Below are positions 1 through 8,966 of a stretch of 64,000 nucleotides of DNA, piece by piece. Origin of the DNA: Pseudomonadota bacterium (GTDB lineage Bacteria; Bdellovibrionota_B; Oligoflexia; Oligoflexales; CAIYRB01); NCBI GenBank assembly GCA_026390435.1, contig JAPLFY010000031.1, positions 184,614 through 248,613 on the forward strand. Direction: 5' to 3'. Under the pieces are notes generated by a model. That model did not search any database. It saw nothing but the letters and a program-made list of their open reading frames with translations, and was not told the DNA's origin. The translations under genes were made by a program, and so were the position numbers. Position 1 is the stretch's first letter. Each line of letters starts with the position of its first letter.

Positions 1-1257
1 CAGTCCCAATGATAGCAAATAATGCGCCAGAAGCATGGCTGTGAAGGCCTTAGTCGACGCCACGCCTATTTCGGGACCTGCATCCATATGCAAGGTCACG
101 TTTGCCTCGCGAGCGATCGATGACATCTTAACATTACATACGGCCAGCACTTGGCAACCGTGTTCCTTAGCCTGCTTAACTGTCGCTAGGGTATCGGCTG
201 TTTCACCAGACTGTGACACAGCTATGAATAACGTATTTTTGCTAAGCCAAGGCTGGCGATAGCGAAATTCGCTGGCGAGCTCTACGTTGACCGGCAGCTG
301 AACAGCTGGCTCAAGATAGTACTTGCCAAGTAGAGCCGAATAGTACGCCGTACCACAGGCAACCATACATATATTGTCGATCCGGCTAAGGTCCAGCTTA
401 GATAAGCCAAGCTCCTCATCATTCGGAATCCCCGAGTCTAAATCAATCAGGCGCTTAAGCATGCCCGAGAACACGCGGGGCTGCTCATGAATTTCTTTAA
501 GCATGAAGTGCTTGAAGCCAAGCTTTTCGGTACTAGCGCTCGAAATATCTAGCTCGACGAAATGCGGAGCAACGACGTTTCCGGAAAAATCCCAGATCTC
601 CACGCCTTGCTCTGTGATCCGTCCGACCTCTCCGTCATTCAAGAAATGCGCCCTAGTTGTATGACGTACAATCGCCATAGCATCGCTGGCAAAAAAGTTT
701 TCATTGCGACCTGCGCCAATCACCAGCGGCGATCCTTGCTTGACCACGTAAACTGCATCGGGCTCGTTGCCAACTAAAATCCCCAGGGAAAAAGCTCCCT
801 TTAACTGCGGTATCATGGCCATAATGGCTTTGAACGGCGTCTTATGCCGGCCTAATTCCCGGACGAATAAATGCAGTGCGACCTCGGTATCGGTTTCCGA
901 TTGAAACGTCACACCCTCGCCGATCAATTGCTTTTTTAATTCAATATAGTTCTCGATGATTCCATTGTGGACCAAAGCTACGTTGGCATGCGCGTGAGGA
1001 TGGGCATTGGTTGTGTTTGGGGCACCGTGCGTAGCCCAGCGGGTGTGTCCAATACCGCGTGTGGCGCCTGCAGGAAGCTCGCTGAGTAGAGGCTTAAGTT
1101 GGCTCAGCTTGCCTTCGGCCTTAACAACGCCGATTTCGGAACCATCAATCACAGCGATACCCGCTGAATCATAGCCTCGATACTCCAACCGAGACAGACC
1201 GTCAAAAAGGATGTCTACGCACTTTTGTTTACCGATGTAGCCGACAATGCCGCACAT
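1..1257 (-). CDS. glmS: glutamine--fructose-6-phosphate aminotransferase, N-terminal ~419 codons; C-terminus lies beyond the window start
   Basis: Not in the ORF track because it runs off the window. Reverse translation from ATG (rc) at 1257 gives MCGIVGYIGKQKCVDILFDGLSRLEYRGYDSAG (N-terminal Cys amidotransferase). SIS motif SQSGETADT lies near 200-230. AAAGGA SD sits upstream. Confidence 0.9.
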   Translation of the reverse strand, partial: MCGIVGYIGKQKCVDILFDGLSRLEYRGYDSAGIAVIDGSEIGVVKAEGKLSQLKPLLSELPAGATRGIGHTRWATHGAPNTTNAHPHAHANVALVHNGIIENYIELKKQLIGEGVTFQSETDTEVALHLFVRELGRHKTPFKAIMAMIPQLKGAFSLGILVGNEPDAVYVVKQGSPLVIGAGRNENFFASDAMAIVRHTTRAHFLNDGEVGRITEQGVEIWDFSGNVVAPHFVELDISSASTEKLGFKHFMLKEIHEQPRVFSGMLKRLIDLDSGIPNDEELGLSKLDLSRIDNICMVACGTAYYSALLGKYYLEPAVQLPVNVELASEFRYRQPWLSKNTLFIAVSQSGETADTLATVKQAKEHGCQVLAVCNVKMSSIAREANVTLHMDAGPEIGVASTKAFTAMLLAHYLLSLGL

Positions 1258-1271
1258 AGCCTAAATCCTTT

Positions 1272-2327
1272 TTAGCTAATAAGTACCGATAGCGGTGGGA
1301 CCCGTTCGCCAGATGCTACCACCGTGTTTTTAAGAACAGAACCTGCACCAATCACACAGCCAGATCCAACCTTCGTCTTGCCAGACAGATGACAACCTGA
1401 CTCAATAATAGAATCGGCACCGATTACGACGTCTTCTTCGATATATATAGAGTCCGAGAGCCGCAGAGTGACACCGCTTAGCATCAGCTCTCGCCGCTTG
1501 CGCGCCATTAACCACGACTCAGCATCAGCTAGCTGCGCCCGATCGTTCACACCGCCAAACTCCTGCCAGTCGGCAGCCTCATGAGCGCACACGCGAAAGC
1601 CGAGTGTCCCCGCATGCTGAACGCAGTCAGTTAGGTAGTATTCATTCTGCGCATTGTTTGGTGTCAGTAATTGCAGAGCTGCGAACAAAACGTCGGCGCG
1701 AGCAAATATGATGCCCGTATTGCACAAATTAATCGACCGAGTTGCCGCATCGGCATCTTTCTCTTCAACAATTGCTAATAACTCGCTATCGCGCGTCACC
1801 ATGCGGCCATAACCGCGAGGCTTCGGCACTCGCATACCCAACACTGCCAGATCAGCGGAGTGTTCTCGCGCATCTCGAACGAAATCAAGTAATGACTCCG
1901 ACTGTACTGCCGGCACGTCACCCGCCATGATTAAAATATAATCGCAGGTTATCGGAGAGCCCTGGACTTTGTGCCCGGCTGCATATGGTGGGGGCTTAAC
2001 ACCGGCGAATAAAGCTGTCGCTGCCGCAACGGCGTCCCCGGTACCCTGGCGATTTTTCTGCACGGCAACGCAGAGTTCTTTACGCTGATTCAAAAAAGAA
2101 AGTAGATTTGGTTGGTCATCGCTCACCACCACACCCACAGATTTCACCCCGATACGGGCCAGAGTCGTCAGCGTCCAATCAAGCATGGGACGTCCCGCCA
2201 CGGGATGCAGCACCTTAGGCAGCGAGCTTTTCATGCGCGTGCCTTTACCCGCTGCTAACACTAAGCCAGCAACTCCCAATACGCTCAAGTCATCCACGGT
2301 AGGCTTCGTCATTTGGCTCGACGCCAC
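1272..2327 (-). CDS. glmU: GlmU-like GlcNAc-1-phosphate uridyltransferase with a very short C-terminal left-handed beta-helix (acetyltransferase part apparently missing)
   Basis: 351 aa. LAAGKGTRMKSSLPKVLHPVAGRPML matches the GlmU pyrophosphorylase signature. GGGAG SD precedes GTG 2327. Stop lies 14 nt before the glmS start (glmUS arrangement). Confidence 0.75.
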   Translation of the reverse strand: MASSQMTKPTVDDLSVLGVAGLVLAAGKGTRMKSSLPKVLHPVAGRPMLDWTLTTLARIGVKSVGVVVSDDQPNLLSFLNQRKELCVAVQKNRQGTGDAVAAATALFAGVKPPPYAAGHKVQGSPITCDYILIMAGDVPAVQSESLLDFVRDAREHSADLAVLGMRVPKPRGYGRMVTRDSELLAIVEEKDADAATRSINLCNTGIIFARADVLFAALQLLTPNNAQNEYYLTDCVQHAGTLGFRVCAHEAADWQEFGGVNDRAQLADAESWLMARKRRELMLSGVTLRLSDSIYIEEDVVIGADSIIESGCHLSGKTKVGSGCVIGAGSVLKNTVVASGERVPPLSVLIS

Positions 2328-2484
2328 GGATGTACTCCCTCTGTTCCTTATGTTGCTCGAATCCTAGACATAACATAATTGCGACGACCGCGTCATGCTG
2401 TTGCACACTCCTGCCATAGGTATGTCAGCACGAGAAAAACCTATGCAGGACAGAAAGATGAGACTAAAGTAAGCGGGTCTGAGT

Positions 2485-3249
2485 ATGCCAAAAAAGGATG
2501 CAGTCGTGGGTTTATTCGATCGTTTCAAAGATTACCGCAAGCAGCGTGACGACCGCAAAATCAGCAAGTCCCTGAACACTATTAAAAACTCAAAGGCGAT
2601 CAAAGAAGATCGCCAATCGGCGATAGACTACTTCAAAGGCTTAGATGATCCCCATACAGCAGTGCCAGCCTTACTGCAACGCTTCGAATACAGCCTAGAA
2701 CACGGCATCAACGATACCCGCGAGAAAGAATCTTCCATGGCAGGCATCATTGCCTTCGGCCAAGATGCCCTACCGCACGTCCGCGAACATCTCTTAGTGA
2801 CTAATCGGATCGCTTGGCCCATCAAAGTACTGAAGGCCCTTGGCGACGAGGTCCAAGTGATTGAGATTCTTAAAAGCGCCTTGGATTTTGACGATGTGCG
2901 CTTCGACCAAGCCAAAGTTGATAAGAATTACGATATCTTGTGCTACATGATCGATTATAAGCTCCCCGACTTCAGCGACAAGTTAGCGCACTTTTTAGTC
3001 GATCCAGATGAGCGCGTGCGCTTCGCCTCGACAGAAGTTCTCATCGAGCAAGATGATCCGGCAGTACCGGGCTATTTGGAGCATTTTATTGGCGACGAAA
3101 GCCCAGACAATACCCGCATTCGCCGCTCTGTGATCGAAGCCTTCCTGAAACATGGTTGGCAACTTAAACAGGCCGAACGTTTTCCCAACGGACAGGTTGT
3201 CGGCACTCTCTTCGTTAACAAAGATAAGAGGCTCGAAGTTCGGCAATGA
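2485..3249 (+). CDS. HEAT-like helical repeat protein, function unknown
   Basis: 254 aa ORF, all-helical-looking, with repeated DP..VR/AL patterns (DDPHTAVPALL, DPDERVRFAST). No catalytic motif recognised. Confidence 0.55.
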   Translation: MPKKDAVVGLFDRFKDYRKQRDDRKISKSLNTIKNSKAIKEDRQSAIDYFKGLDDPHTAVPALLQRFEYSLEHGINDTREKESSMAGIIAFGQDALPHVREHLLVTNRIAWPIKVLKALGDEVQVIEILKSALDFDDVRFDQAKVDKNYDILCYMIDYKLPDFSDKLAHFLVDPDERVRFASTEVLIEQDDPAVPGYLEHFIGDESPDNTRIRRSVIEAFLKHGWQLKQAERFPNGQVVGTLFVNKDKRLEVRQ

Positions 3250-3623
3250 CAGCCGCGCTCGTTAATCCAACTCGCCTGTGCCAGATTGAAATCCAAGTGA
3301 GTGATCTTGCGCGCGCAGTGAACTTTTATTCAGAAGCACTGGGGTGGCGCCCGGCACCCGCCGAGATGCATGAACTGGTAGTCTTAGAAGTACCGCCAGA
3401 CTGCACCTTTGGAATCAGCCTTCGCCCAGGCCGCAAGTCACTAAAATCCGAAAATAATTTAGTGCCTTATTTTGCGGTCGATGATGCCGAAGCTGTCCTG
3501 CGCCAGGTCGAAGCACACGGCGGCCGCCGGATCATCGGGCCGACCAAGCTCCCGGGCTACGGCACCATCTATCAGTGCGAAGACCCGGACGGCACCCGAA
3601 TCGGCCTATATACGAAGATCTAG
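3246..3623 (+). CDS. VOC (glyoxalase/bleomycin-resistance fold) family protein
   Basis: 125 aa. IEIQVSDLARAVNFYSEALGW is a typical VOC beta-alpha-beta start. ATGA overlap with the upstream stop. Confidence 0.65.
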   Translation: MTAALVNPTRLCQIEIQVSDLARAVNFYSEALGWRPAPAEMHELVVLEVPPDCTFGISLRPGRKSLKSENNLVPYFAVDDAEAVLRQVEAHGGRRIIGPTKLPGYGTIYQCEDPDGTRIGLYTKI

Positions 3624-3633
3624 CCCTGGACTT

Positions 3634-4554
3634 TTAATGCTTGATCACCTCTGACAGCTTGAAGTCCTGCTCCTCAGCGCAGTATTGGCAACGCACCGCC
3701 AGCTTACCCGTCTCTTGCAAAATATCTTTCAGCTGATCTTCCCCTAGGGCCGTCAAAGCCAGCATCATCTTGTCCCTGGAGCACGTGCACTGAAACTTTA
3801 ATGGGCGGGTCATCAGCAAGCCAAAACCGCCGGATTGGCCCTGCAAAAATGCGACGATCTCGTCGGCGGACTGACCTGCTGCAAGGCGATCAGAAAGCCC
3901 AAGGGATTTCTGCATCCGCTCTTCAATGGCGGCCAACTCAGCCTCATCTAGCACGGCGCCGCCCAGTTTTTGTACTAGCACGCCACCGGCAGCCAGCACT
4001 GAGCCATCCGGTGCTAGTTTGACACCCGCCGCTACAGCAGATGGTATTTGTTCAGAATCAGTGAGGTAGCGAGCGATGTCGGCAGCGATCTCGCCATTTT
4101 GCAGGGCGCACATCGCGTTATACGGCCCACCGTGTTCCATAGACAACCCACGGGTGACTGTAAGTATGCCGGTACCGCCAAGAGCCTCGCCTACCGACTC
4201 CGGGACAATGCCCCCTTCATCAAGTACTTCCACTAAGCGAGGCGGCACCGTGTAACCTCGGCAGTGACCGTCCCCGTCACACTCAGCAATGACCTTAGAA
4301 AGCGCCCCGTCCTCACCGGCGAAGGTAGTATGTACATACTCCCTACCAGACTTAAGAGTGGATGCTAGCAAAGCCGTACAGCTTACTGCACGCCCGATAG
4401 CGATAGTAGTCAAGGGGTCTAGCTGATGCCGACGCTGAATTTCCCGCACAATTTCTGTCGTCACTGCAATAGCGCAGCGGGCCCGGTAATCGTACATCTG
4501 GAAATGAGACAAGATGTCCACAAGGACTCCTTTCAAATAACTTCTCGTGACCAA
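3634..4554 (-). CDS. hslO: redox-regulated chaperone Hsp33
   Basis: 306 aa. C-terminal zinc centre CTCSRD...CQYC. The N-terminal region aligns by eye with B. subtilis/E. coli Hsp33. Confidence 0.85.
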   Translation of the reverse strand: MVTRSYLKGVLVDILSHFQMYDYRARCAIAVTTEIVREIQRRHQLDPLTTIAIGRAVSCTALLASTLKSGREYVHTTFAGEDGALSKVIAECDGDGHCRGYTVPPRLVEVLDEGGIVPESVGEALGGTGILTVTRGLSMEHGGPYNAMCALQNGEIAADIARYLTDSEQIPSAVAAGVKLAPDGSVLAAGGVLVQKLGGAVLDEAELAAIEERMQKSLGLSDRLAAGQSADEIVAFLQGQSGGFGLLMTRPLKFQCTCSRDKMMLALTALGEDQLKDILQETGKLAVRCQYCAEEQDFKLSEVIKH

Positions 4555-4560
4555 ATTTGA

Positions 4561-5676
4561 TCAAACCAACTGACGCGGAATATCCGAATGCAGCCTGGTG
4601 AGCAACTCGTAGTGAATCGTGCGCGCCCACCCGGCCAAATCCTGTGCCGAAACCTCGTCATTACCATCAGTGCCGATTAACGTCACCTGATCACCGACCT
4701 CGACTGTCGGCAAATGTGTCGTATCCACCATCATCATATTCATGCAGATACGGCCGACTATGGGACAGCGAGCGCCCCGAATCAGCACATAACTGGCAGC
4801 TTCCCCAGCAATACGCGGATATCCCTCGTAATAACCCACCGGCAGCACGGCCACGCGCATATCGCGAATAGCGCGAAAGGTGCAGCCGTAACCGATAAAT
4901 TGCCCCGCGTCCACAGGCTTGACCGTGGTCACTTCGGTCCGCCAAGAAAGCACCGGCTGCAGGTCCAGCACCTGATTTTGCAGCTGCAAATAGGACACCC
5001 GCGTCAGAGGTGATGGCCAAGACCCATAAAGCGAAATGCCTACGCGCACTAGGTCAAAATAACTTTTTGTCATAATCAACGCGGATGCACTAGACGCGGC
5101 GTGAAGCATGAGTTGAAAACCAGCATCAGCAAAAACCTGAGCGGCCCGCTTAAAGATTTCGAGCTGCTTGGTTGCGTAACCGTGATCGGTGACATCCTCG
5201 ACGTTGGCAAAGTGAGTGCAAAGACCAACGATTTTGGCACGATGAGGATCCAAAAGCTGCGCCACCACTGCGGCCTCGCTCAGGGCAAATCCCTGCCGCG
5301 ACATACCAGTGTCGAATTTAATATGAATGCGCCCCGGAGCGCCGGCCTGAAGCCAAGCATCTAATACCGCCTGATTACCCAAGACCAAATCTAAGTCGAG
5401 GGCACTTGCCAACGGAATCTCGCGCGCTACCGCTGGCCCTACCACTAAAATCCGCCCACTGTAGCCAAAACCGCGTAGCTTTGCCCCCTCCGCAACATAG
5501 TTGACACAAATCCAAGCTGGCGACTCGCTGGCTAAGACTTGATAGACCTCGGCAAGGCCGTGACCATAAGCGTTAGATTTGAGCACAGGGGCTACGCGCT
5601 CTTTGCCGGCAAGGCGGCAAAACAGATGGTAGTTGTGACGTATTGCGGCGCTACTTAATTCAATCGTGCTTAGCAT
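4561..5676 (-). CDS. alr: alanine racemase
   Basis: 371 aa. PLP-lysine motif VLKSNAYGHG. Typical length and a C-terminal beta domain. Confidence 0.9.
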   Translation of the reverse strand: MLSTIELSSAAIRHNYHLFCRLAGKERVAPVLKSNAYGHGLAEVYQVLASESPAWICVNYVAEGAKLRGFGYSGRILVVGPAVAREIPLASALDLDLVLGNQAVLDAWLQAGAPGRIHIKFDTGMSRQGFALSEAAVVAQLLDPHRAKIVGLCTHFANVEDVTDHGYATKQLEIFKRAAQVFADAGFQLMLHAASSASALIMTKSYFDLVRVGISLYGSWPSPLTRVSYLQLQNQVLDLQPVLSWRTEVTTVKPVDAGQFIGYGCTFRAIRDMRVAVLPVGYYEGYPRIAGEAASYVLIRGARCPIVGRICMNMMMVDTTHLPTVEVGDQVTLIGTDGNDEVSAQDLAGWARTIHYELLTRLHSDIPRQLV

Positions 5677-5733
5677 GTCGACTCCATCCTCCGATTTTAC
5701 ACGGATCCACGAAGTCTGACAGATGTTTGGCTC

Positions 5734-6924
5734 TCAAAGTCCCCTAACCCGCAGTGGATAAACCTGATCTGCCTTCACCCCCACCGCTACGAATGGTTGC
5801 ACGATGGACAAAATATTTGGCGACCGTGCGCAAGCTCTGCCGCTCACAGCAGCACTCAACTTCGCCCTATCTCTATCTATGGACAGTACGCCAACGGAGA
5901 GCAAGCCTTGTGCATCGTGCGCGTAAACAGCATATGGCATGCTACAACTATCAATATACTCAATGTGTAAGACCACACGGTCAGCCCGATAAGCCAAGTT
6001 TAAAGAGCTAGGCGCGCTTAGCTGGAGAGCTTCGTTGGCGGCAGGCGCGATCGGTAGCAGAGCTGTTTGACTAGGTAAGTTAAGAGCTGCCTCAGCAGTC
6101 CTCACCCAGACGGGCTTAGCTAGCTCATCAGGACAATGCACATTAGGAAAGCGCGCCACCAACATGCCGACGTGCGCCTCACCGCTAGCCGATGAGCCCA
6201 AGACCACCCCAAGTGGAGCCTCGTTACATTGACGCTGATATTCCAAGCTAAGCGCCGACCCATTCGCGGACAGCGAGCGCACTGGCGCTAATTGAAGAGT
6301 AAACACACGTGCGAGCGACTTAGACCGATCTGGTAACGGCCGCACGCTAAAGTCGCCGTTGTGACCGAGAACCTTTAGATGATGAGGCTTCGGTGCAGCT
6401 ATACAAGAGATGGTCCGCTCGCGACTGGCGACGTCCTCAATCATGGCAACTTCCAATTGGTGACGACCTACGCGGTGGACTAGCGTACCCAGATCACGCC
6501 CACAACGCCGGGTATAGACCGCATACAAGTTACGCTTTACGCCACTTGCGACTAAACGCACTTCCTCGACAGGAACTGTCGACACTCGCATGCCCGCATT
6601 CACAGCCATGGGAGCGATCTTCTTGAAAGACCTAGTAGCTAGGAACTCAACTCCGACTTCTACAGTCTCAGGCATCGAAGTGCACAAGACGGAGGCCTCG
6701 GTGACTGCCGCCGCAACTTCCAGGACACCAGACTTTTTATCTTCAAGGGCCACCAGGCCGTAATACTTGCTACCGCAGGGCAATGTCACCCGCAGCCGCA
6801 GGATCTCGCCTGCGTACCCTTGCGGAATGGCGGGCCTGAGCTGCAACTTCGGCATCGCAGCCTGAGCACTGCTCGCCCAACATCCCAACACCACCACAAA
6901 TCCAGTCAATTTAGGCAGTCGCAT
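5734..6924 (-). CDS. secreted or lipid-anchored protein of unknown function with four Cys-pair modules
   Basis: The ORF track runs to 6999. I prefer ATG at 6924 (AGGTGA SD; signal peptide MRLPKLTGFVVVLGCWASSAQA). Four repeats each carry C-x30-37-C. Confidence 0.7.
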   Translation of the reverse strand: MRLPKLTGFVVVLGCWASSAQAAMPKLQLRPAIPQGYAGEILRLRVTLPCGSKYYGLVALEDKKSGVLEVAAAVTEASVLCTSMPETVEVGVEFLATRSFKKIAPMAVNAGMRVSTVPVEEVRLVASGVKRNLYAVYTRRCGRDLGTLVHRVGRHQLEVAMIEDVASRERTISCIAAPKPHHLKVLGHNGDFSVRPLPDRSKSLARVFTLQLAPVRSLSANGSALSLEYQRQCNEAPLGVVLGSSASGEAHVGMLVARFPNVHCPDELAKPVWVRTAEAALNLPSQTALLPIAPAANEALQLSAPSSLNLAYRADRVVLHIEYIDSCSMPYAVYAHDAQGLLSVGVLSIDRDRAKLSAAVSGRACARSPNILSIVQPFVAVGVKADQVYPLRVRGL

Positions 6925-6961
6925 ACAGTCACCTGCATGGCAAAGAGGGGGGTCATAGCTC

Positions 6962-7053
6962 GAATTTGTGATTATAATGATTTTATAAAATATAATCAAT
7001 TTTTATTAAAAAATTTTAATAAAAAATTAATACTTATATAACATTATGTTATG
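6962..7053. promoter_or_regulatory. extremely AT-rich (~10% GC) divergent intergenic island with TATAAT hexamers and A/T-tract palindromes
   Basis: I counted 9 G/C in 6961-7050. TATAAT at 6973-6978 and 6991-6996. Palindromes TTTTATAAAA and AAAATTTT. Lies between the divergent genes 5734-6924(-) and 7185-8060(+). Confidence 0.6.
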
Positions 7054-7184
7054 ACGCAGCGTGAATATCAGATTTTTATTCGCCAATTAAAGCGGTGCTA
7101 TTTCTCATTAATTAAAGCCACTTACCGATGCTGTTAAAGATTCCCGGGACCGGGACCGATGAGCTAAATACAGGGGGATAGAAC

Positions 7185-8060
7185 ATGTTGCATAAAACTT
7201 GCACAATACTAATGTCCTTAGCTAGTTGCTTTGTTTTGACGGAGGGTTGCGGCCAGACGTCCATTGGTAGCGAACAAAGTTCCGCTACTAAAGTTGACTT
7301 AGGCCCTACTAGCGCTAGGGACCCCGAATCAGACAAAGCCCCACAACCTCAAAGCGTCGCCGGTGCCTATTTGACTTGTGCGGAATACACCAAACTCCCA
7401 ACTGGATCGGAAGACAAGTACGCAGTTGGTTGTAAGGTCATGAACTCAGAAAAGAAAAAGATGCCTCTGAAGTCCTTCCAGGCCCACGAGTGGCGCGTGA
7501 CGGATAATGAAGGAAAAGCACTACCTGCTCAGCCGAGCTATCCTGTTGACGACCCCGATGCGGATGCTGTCCTCGCTATCGAAAAATCGAAGATGCAAAA
7601 CGGGGCTAAAGTTCAGTTTGTGTTCGATAAGAACGTTCAAGGTGTCTCGATTTCTTACACCATCGGATTAAAAAAACCGGTCACCACCGCCCAACTCGAC
7701 CTGTGGCGTGAACAATTTGGGGGTACGTGGAGTGTCACACAGAATAACCAAAGAAGGCCCTTTGGCGATATAACGGTGGAGTTTGCCGAGGGCACAGCCC
7801 AGGCCCTGATTCGGGCAGCCACGCAATTACCTGGATCCGGCTGGTTCTCAGGACCCACTGCCGTGGGCACCGTTATCGCCCGGGGAACTCTACAGAAAAA
7901 TGAAGCCGGCTTATTCACTGACTTAATTTTACAATTCGAGACAGTCACGGTTACCCCAGCCTCTTTCAAGGACAAACAGGTTAAGTTCAGCGTCAGGCAA
8001 CCAGATTTGAACCCAGTGCTAAAAGAAGGCTTAACAACTTGGGTCTTCTGCCGGAAATGA
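7185..8060 (+). CDS. lipoprotein, function unknown (lipocalin-like C-terminal lobe?)
   Basis: 291 aa. Signal peptide plus lipobox LTEGC. GGGGGA SD. C-terminal lobe starts GGTW and ends WVFCRK. Confidence 0.7.
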   Translation: MLHKTCTILMSLASCFVLTEGCGQTSIGSEQSSATKVDLGPTSARDPESDKAPQPQSVAGAYLTCAEYTKLPTGSEDKYAVGCKVMNSEKKKMPLKSFQAHEWRVTDNEGKALPAQPSYPVDDPDADAVLAIEKSKMQNGAKVQFVFDKNVQGVSISYTIGLKKPVTTAQLDLWREQFGGTWSVTQNNQRRPFGDITVEFAEGTAQALIRAATQLPGSGWFSGPTAVGTVIARGTLQKNEAGLFTDLILQFETVTVTPASFKDKQVKFSVRQPDLNPVLKEGLTTWVFCRK

Positions 8061-8176
8061 TAAAATGCTGGTTTTAAATATCAGACAACCAGCAAAATAA
8101 TAGCGACGATTGCTTTCCGCAAAATGGTTTGGTATGGTCCTGCGGCTTACCGAAGCAGATTTGAAGGGACCGTCCG

Positions 8177-8326
8177 ATGAAACGCACATTTCAACCAAGC
8201 AACATCAAACGCCTCCGTACCCATGGCTTTCGCGCCCGGATGGCAACTCCAGGTGGCCGCAACGTCTTAAGACTGCGCCGCTCCAAAGGTCGCAAACGCA
8301 TCGCCGTTAGCGCTTACAGCAAATAA
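8177..8326 (+). CDS. rpmH: 50S ribosomal protein L34
   Basis: Below the ORF-track size cut-off. My translation: [49 protein letters not shown] (49 aa), canonical L34. Sits directly upstream of rnpA. Confidence 0.95.
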   Translation: MKRTFQPSNIKRLRTHGFRARMATPGGRNVLRLRRSKGRKRIAVSAYSK

Positions 8327-8343
8327 ATACTGACGTTTTTATA

Positions 8344-8730
8344 GTGAACGCCTTCCCAAAATCCGTTCGCTTGCATCACCAAATCGACTTTCGGCGAACT
8401 TTCGACGACGGCCGTAAGGTGGTAAGCGAGAGCGTTGTCCTCTACCTTAGGCAACGCTCAGAGCCGGAAGCTGCCCCCCTGGACTGTGGGGGCAGGGTTG
8501 GCCTCGTGGTCTCGCGCAAGGTCGGCAATGCAGTCGTCAGGAACCGCGTCAAACGCTACCTGAGAGAGGCTTATCGCCTACTGCGACCAGAGTTGGCGCA
8601 GTTTGCCTCTTTATGGTCGACTGACCTGATCGTTGTAGCCCGTGCCAGCGCCGCACAGGCTTCCAGTGCTGAGATGGCAGATGCCCTACAACTGGGCTTG
8701 CGCCGACTGAAGCGTCAGCTTGAGGCATGA
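8344..8730 (+). CDS. rnpA: ribonuclease P protein component
   Basis: 128 aa. RNR motif VVRNRVKRYLREAYR. Position after rpmH. Confidence 0.9.
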   Translation: MNAFPKSVRLHHQIDFRRTFDDGRKVVSESVVLYLRQRSEPEAAPLDCGGRVGLVVSRKVGNAVVRNRVKRYLREAYRLLRPELAQFASLWSTDLIVVARASAAQASSAEMADALQLGLRRLKRQLEA

Positions 8731-8966
8731 CATTGCCCAAGCAATCGTGGCAACGATCAATCCTCTGGCTGCTAACAGGACTGATTGTGCTATATCAGAA
8801 TACCTTGTCGAAGTTACTCGGACCCCGTTGTCGGTTCTATCCGAGTTGCTCGCAATACGCTAAAGATTGTCTGTCAGCCTATCCGCTGACTGTTGCGCTG
8901 AAGAAGATTGGCGGCCGCTTGTTGCGCTGCCACCCGTTACACCCTGGGGGAATCGACCTACCGTGA
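8727..8966 (+). CDS. yidD: membrane protein insertion efficiency factor YidD
   Basis: 79 aa. CRFYPSCSQYAKDCL...RCHPLHPGGIDLP. ATGA overlap with rnpA. Confidence 0.9.
   Translation: MTLPKQSWQRSILWLLTGLIVLYQNTLSKLLGPRCRFYPSCSQYAKDCLSAYPLTVALKKIGGRLLRCHPLHPGGIDLP

Noticed and set aside
1258-1271. glmS ribozyme upstream of glmS
   Set aside because: Only 14 nt separate glmU from glmS, so there is no space for the ~170-nt ribozyme.
6962-7053. AT-rich island as a replication origin unwinding element (it lies 1.1 kb from rpmH)
   Set aside because: No cluster of DnaA boxes (TTATCCACA-like) in or around it. The only 8/9 matches I saw are isolated inside coding regions (about 5752, about 38250), and no dnaA is adjacent.
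8110-8310. 66-aa ORF from the track overlapping the rpmH region
   Set aside because: It is in a different frame from the unmistakable L34 sequence and starts at TTG without an SD, so it is spurious.
8867-8962. Long N-terminal extensions implied by the ORF-track starts (yidC 8867, polA 33745, beta-barrel 23373, ssb 24966, fliA 56932, nrdA 60422, barrel 44666)
   Set aside because: The track takes the most upstream ATG/GTG/TTG. The internal starts I chose have SD sequences, restore canonical N-termini or signal peptides, and remove improbable overlaps.
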